NCBI GenBank assembly: GCA_040377305.1
Contig: JBEIPA010000018.1
Span: 32,001-96,000, forward strand
Reading direction: 5' to 3'
DNA: 64,000 nucleotides
From: Flavobacteriales bacterium
Lineage (GTDB): Bacteria; Bacteroidota; Bacteroidia; Palsa-965
The notes below the pieces were generated by a model. That model was given only the letters and a program-made list of their open reading frames with translations, was not told where the DNA came from and did no database searches. Positions 59,706-64,000 of this stretch are shown here, one piece after another (within the stretch, counting starts at the first letter, position 1; each line of letters begins with the position of its first letter). Made by a program: the position numbers and the translations under genes.

Positions 59706-60794
59706 GTGCAAACAGTATATTTGCTTCAGCTAATCAAGGTGGATTTGAAACAGTTATTTATAACAGGGGCCTTACTCCTCACTACCAGTATTCTATCGGC
59801 GCAGTTGACTGCAGAGGCAGGTGCCAATACACAAATCTGTCCGGGGTTGACATACAATCTTGGCGGAAGCCCAACAGCACAAGGAGGAACTCCTCCATAC
59901 AGTTATTCCTGGACACCGGCAGGCAGTCTGAATAACGGAACGATTTCAAATCCTGTTGCAAGTCCACAGGTTCCAACATGGTATTACGTTACTGTCACAG
60001 ATTCTGGTGCAGTCAATTCATACACCGATTCAGTATTCGTCGATCTTGATCCAAGCTGGGCATATAACGCGGGTCCCGACACGGCAATTTGCATCGGTGA
60101 TACTGTCAACATCGGTAATATAAATAACAGTTTCGCCGGTGGAGTAACATATAGCTGGAGCCCGGTTACTTATCTGGACAATCCTACAGCGCCACGACCT
60201 CAGTTCACCGGAACTATCACAACGACATACACGTTGGTAGTAACAAGTCCGGTGTGCAATCCAAAATCGTACACAGTAACCGTCACTGTAAATCAATTGC
60301 CCATTGTTGATGCTTCCGGAGGGACACGTATTGAAGAAGGTCAGTCAACTCCATTAACAGCAACGGGCGCCACTAATTATTTCTGGACACCGCCAACTGG
60401 ATTATCAGCAACAACTGGTTCACTCGTGAATGCAGAACCAACAACGGATCAAACGTATGTTGTTTTCGGAATAGATGATAACGGCTGCGTAAATTGGGAT
60501 ACGGTTACTGTTCACGTTACACCAAACGATGAAATCTATCTCTACAACACGTTCTCACCGAACAACGACGGTGTTAACGACTACTTCTACATTGGCAATA
60601 TTCAGAAATACCCGGAAAACCGTTTAGAGGTTTTCACTCGCACCGGTCAGCAGGTGTATGCAAAAACGAATTACGACAACTCCTGGGACGGCACGAATTA
60701 CGGCGACCGGCTTCCGGAAACGACGTATTACTTCACGCTTGATTTGGGTGGAGACAATCCAGTACTTTACGGACACGTAACAATTGTGCGATGA
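59706..60794 (+). CDS. T9SS type B cargo (gliding-motility C-terminal domain); start uncertain
   Basis: YNTFSPNNDGVNDYF..NYDNSWDG..GHVTIVR. Confidence 0.88.
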   Translation: MQTVYLLQLIKVDLKQLFITGALLLTTSILSAQLTAEAGANTQICPGLTYNLGGSPTAQGGTPPYSYSWTPAGSLNNGTISNPVASPQVPTWYYVTVTDSGAVNSYTDSVFVDLDPSWAYNAGPDTAICIGDTVNIGNINNSFAGGVTYSWSPVTYLDNPTAPRPQFTGTITTTYTLVVTSPVCNPKSYTVTVTVNQLPIVDASGGTRIEEGQSTPLTATGATNYFWTPPTGLSATTGSLVNAEPTTDQTYVVFGIDDNGCVNWDTVTVHVTPNDEIYLYNTFSPNNDGVNDYFYIGNIQKYPENRLEVFTRTGQQVYAKTNYDNSWDGTNYGDRLPETTYYFTLDLGGDNPVLYGHVTIVR

Positions 60795-61738
60795 GAAAGC
60801 TGAAACACTTGTTCGTAGTTACTGCGTTAATTTTTTCCTGCGGAATATCAGCGCAACAAATGCCCGATTACACGGGGTTCCCATCGGTGTTGTTTCATAT
60901 CAACCCGGCTTACACCGGTACGAAAGGAACTGTTGATGCGCGTCTCAACTACCGCAAACAATGGGCAGGATTCAGCGGCGCACCGGAAACCCAATTCGTC
61001 GGAATTCATTCCCGCTTGTGGAAAGGACGTGTAGGGATCGGAACAACGCTTTATAAAGACGTGATCGGCCCATCAACCATGTTCGATTACGGATTCAGTG
61101 CGGCATATCACCTGCATTTCCCCGATGTAGAATTTTCGGCCGGCATCAGTGTGCGTTTCAACAAGTACACCATGAATACTTCGGGAATGACCACCCATTG
61201 GGAAGGCGATCCTGCTGTAATTCCGGGTACAACTGCATTCGATAAAACCAAAAATGGCTTGGCGGGATTACTGCTTTACAATGATCGCTTCCATTTCGGT
61301 CTTGGAATCATGAATGTGATATCCGCGAAAGTTATTCTGGGTACGGGCAACATCGTGAAGATGAAACAACATTACTTCTTCACGTTCGGCTACAATTTCC
61401 ACGGCCACCCGGAATATGTATGGGAGAATAACCTCATGGGCGAATATGTCGACGGTCTTCCAATGACATTGAACTACAACCTACGGGTGCACTTCCGACA
61501 GAAGTTAATGTTTGGTGGAGGATGGAGATTGAAAGATGCCGTTTATCTGCAGGCTGGCTGGGTGTTCTTTAACACGGTGCAGGCTGTTTACTCGTATGAT
61601 ATCGGTATTTCGAAACTGCGTAAAGCACATAACGGTACGCACGAAATTACGTTGGGTTATCGTTTCGATTTCGAAAACAAGAAGTCGAAGTACAGAAACT
61701 TCAACTCGTTCCAAAAACAACGATATAGCATTTTCTAA
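60791..61738 (+). CDS. PorP/SprF family T9SS membrane protein
   Basis: INPAYTG, YRKQWAGFSGAPET, YSYD..GTHEI; ATGA overlap with the upstream gene. Confidence 0.92.
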   Translation: MRKLKHLFVVTALIFSCGISAQQMPDYTGFPSVLFHINPAYTGTKGTVDARLNYRKQWAGFSGAPETQFVGIHSRLWKGRVGIGTTLYKDVIGPSTMFDYGFSAAYHLHFPDVEFSAGISVRFNKYTMNTSGMTTHWEGDPAVIPGTTAFDKTKNGLAGLLLYNDRFHFGLGIMNVISAKVILGTGNIVKMKQHYFFTFGYNFHGHPEYVWENNLMGEYVDGLPMTLNYNLRVHFRQKLMFGGGWRLKDAVYLQAGWVFFNTVQAVYSYDIGISKLRKAHNGTHEITLGYRFDFENKKSKYRNFNSFQKQRYSIF

Positions 61739-61815
61739 GGGAAAAGGATTTAAGTAAGCAAGTGGGCGAGTCAAGGAGAAATCCCGACTCGCCTATTTGT
61801 TTACTTACGAATTAG

Positions 61816-62574
61816 TTACTCAATTACCGGATAAATTTCCGCTGCCCTCACCCTACTCGTCGAGTTAAAATGCCACCACTCAGTTTCAATTCTTGAGAAA
61901 CCGGCCGTGCGCATTACACTTCGTAACAACTCGCGATTGATCAATTGTGTTTCTGTGAGTTCTCCCGATTCAAAATATTCCGCTTCCTTCCGTGGATGAG
62001 CAAGCTCACCAAAAAAATCGTACGGAGTTCCCATATCGAGTTCAGTACCGTGTTCATCCACAATCGTAACATCCACAGCGGCACCGTAATTATGCAGAGA
62101 CCGATTTGCAGGATTCGACAAATACTTCTGCCTGTCCATTGGAGAAAGGTCTACACTATCCCACATCAGTTGTTGAATGGAAACCGGACGGGCACCATCG
62201 AATACCAGCAACGAGTAATACGGATATTGCATTTTCAATTCTGACTGTGCGGCAACGAGCTTATCGGCAACTTCTTTCTGCAGGTAACACCGATTGAGAT
62301 CGCCATACATGTCTTTGTGCGTGAAATTGTTCTCTGTTGAATACCGTAGATCAACCTGGATCGTACTGTCAAGTTCCAGGATGTTGACTAAGCCCAATTC
62401 CTCCATCTTCAATTCAATCGCAGATTTTTCCGGAGCAACCGCACCAGGCTCAACTTTAACGGTTGGCTGTGTGTCAAGCACAACCGAAGTAACGGGAACG
62501 TCAGGTTTTGGATGCTCAGAACACGCTCCAAGCGAGAGAGCAACCATCAGAAATAAAAAGCCCGTCATTTTCAT
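61816..62574 (-). CDS. M15D D-Ala-D-Ala dipeptidase (VanX-like) lipoprotein
   Basis: Lipobox LGAC; DGARP, SLHNYGAAVD, DMGT.YD, EWWHF. Confidence 0.9.
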   Translation of the reverse strand: MKMTGFLFLMVALSLGACSEHPKPDVPVTSVVLDTQPTVKVEPGAVAPEKSAIELKMEELGLVNILELDSTIQVDLRYSTENNFTHKDMYGDLNRCYLQKEVADKLVAAQSELKMQYPYYSLLVFDGARPVSIQQLMWDSVDLSPMDRQKYLSNPANRSLHNYGAAVDVTIVDEHGTELDMGTPYDFFGELAHPRKEAEYFESGELTETQLINRELLRSVMRTAGFSRIETEWWHFNSTSRVRAAEIYPVIE

Positions 62575-62616
62575 TGCACGTCAAAACTAAACCCTTTCAG
62601 TGAGTAATTTCGCAGC

Positions 62617-63513
62617 GTGTCACTACCAATAAGAGCTTTATTAATGGTGCGTCCTGCACGGTTTGCATACAATGAGCAAACTGCAGCAACCAATTCTTTT
62701 CAGTCGCCAAATACATCCGACGTCAATGAACTTGCACAAAGTGAATTCGACAACGTTGTAATCCAGTTAAAACAGGCCGGAATAAATATTGAACTCGTAC
62801 AAGACGATCCTGCTATACCATTGCCGGATTCTGTTTTTCCGAATAACTGGTTCAGCACCCATCCTTCCGGCGTGCTCATGCTTTATCCTATGCTTACAGA
62901 AAACAGGAGAGCGGAACGTAAAAAAGAAATCATAGACAAGCTTCGCACTTCGCACAAATACACCGTGGTGAAGGACCTTTCTCATCACGAAAACGAAAAC
63001 CGCTTTCTCGAAGGAACCGGAAGCATCGTATTCGATCACCAAACAGGTATTGCTTATGCAGGTATTTCTCCGAGAACTGATCGGGAAGTCTTGTTGGAGG
63101 TTTGCGACACACTTGGCTATATCCCGTTTGTATTTCTCGCTGCTGACCGAAACAACCAACCGATTTATCACACAAACGTTGTGATGGCAATCGGGCCTTC
63201 TATTGCCGTATGTTGTTTCGACGCCATTCACGACGAGAACGATCGTCAGGGTTTGTGGACTTTGCTCCGTAAATCCGGAAAAACAGTAGTTTCCATTTCA
63301 CTTCCGCAATTGGAATCCTTCGCTGGCAATATGCTCTTCATTTCGAACGGCGCTAATAATTTCGTTGCAGTTTCCTCCACCGCATGGGATTCACTAAGCG
63401 AAAATCAGAAAAGCATCATCTCCTCGCACGCAACACCTATCATTGCCAAAATCCCTACAATTGAGAAACACGGTGGCGGCAGTATTCGTTGCATGCTGGC
63501 TGAATTGTTCTAG
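62617..63513 (+). CDS. Amidinotransferase-superfamily hydrolase (CtlX-like)
   Basis: LMVRPARF, PDSVFPNNWFS, LEGTGS, YHTNV, GGGSIRCMLAE. Confidence 0.9.
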   Translation: MSLPIRALLMVRPARFAYNEQTAATNSFQSPNTSDVNELAQSEFDNVVIQLKQAGINIELVQDDPAIPLPDSVFPNNWFSTHPSGVLMLYPMLTENRRAERKKEIIDKLRTSHKYTVVKDLSHHENENRFLEGTGSIVFDHQTGIAYAGISPRTDREVLLEVCDTLGYIPFVFLAADRNNQPIYHTNVVMAIGPSIAVCCFDAIHDENDRQGLWTLLRKSGKTVVSISLPQLESFAGNMLFISNGANNFVAVSSTAWDSLSENQKSIISSHATPIIAKIPTIEKHGGGSIRCMLAELF

Positions 63514-63748
63514 GTTCAGAGTTGCGGGTTCTAAGATCCAGATTTCAGTAACCTGACCAGTACAACGCACATAGAACATGGAACTTAGAACCGTTCAAAC
63601 AGGGCATTTACCGCTTACAGAAACCCTACTTTTCAGGCACTAAAATTGACTATTTTCGTTCTCCGTTTATCCGAAACATATCATCATGAAACCGTCCTTA
63701 CGTTTACGTCGGGATTAATGAGTTCAAAGAAGTAAAAAACAATAGAAC

Positions 63749-64000
63749 ATGAGTAAAAACAACATTAAGGTCGCGCTGTTGCTGATTTTCGTTGCCTTCG
63801 TCGGCGTTTCAATGAAACAAGCCTGGGAGGGAAAGGGAATTGAACCTGATAACATCAACCCGAAATTCCGTCCGCAAGACGATTTCTACAACTATGTGAA
63901 TCAAATCTGGATCGGTAAGAACCCGATTCCGGCGACTGAAACAAGTTGGGGCAACTTCCACGTTTTGCAAGAGAAATCACAAACTGCTCTGCGTAAAATC
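63749..64000 (+). CDS. M13 family metallopeptidase, N-terminal part (runs off the window)
   Basis: Hand translation MSKNNIKVALLLIFVAFVGVS..RPQDDFYNYVNQIW..NPIPATETSWGNF. Confidence 0.8.
   Translation, partial: MSKNNIKVALLLIFVAFVGVSMKQAWEGKGIEPDNINPKFRPQDDFYNYVNQIWIGKNPIPATETSWGNFHVLQEKSQTALRKI

Noticed and set aside
61816-62574. Vancomycin-resistance locus
   Set aside because: Lone VanX-like lipoprotein with no vanH/A/R/S genes; likely a housekeeping peptidase

Overview
Chromosomal window from a Bacteroidota bacterium, judged from TAnnTTTG -7 promoter boxes, T9SS cargo with type A and type B C-terminal domains, PorP/SprF genes and the ndk-DHH-FKBP cluster. It is mostly core genome: recF, ribH, ndk, nrnA-like, comEC, folD, ffh, argS, arginase, speA, ftsK, lolA-like, a DEAD-box helicase, a cold-shock gene and tRNA-Ser/Pro/Arg. 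It also holds several large secreted T9SS proteins, a ParDE-type TA pair and a GH5. I saw no integrase, transposase, CRISPR array or phage module. The most unusual signals are small or non-coding: (1) an unannotated 21-aa ORF with its own terminator, divergent from a large helical/TPR-like protein followed by an Asp-to-Glu pseudo-receiver (candidate peptide-signalling module); (2) three 25-bp palindromes with a compensatory change inside an ORF6N gene; (3) a ~200-bp rod-like element in two diverged copies with covarying stems; (4) a tRNA-Ser 3'-end duplication next to a truncated GIY-YIG gene; (5) many intergenic nested palindromes and 7/8-bp arrays. All family calls come from motif recognition by eye; no searches were run.
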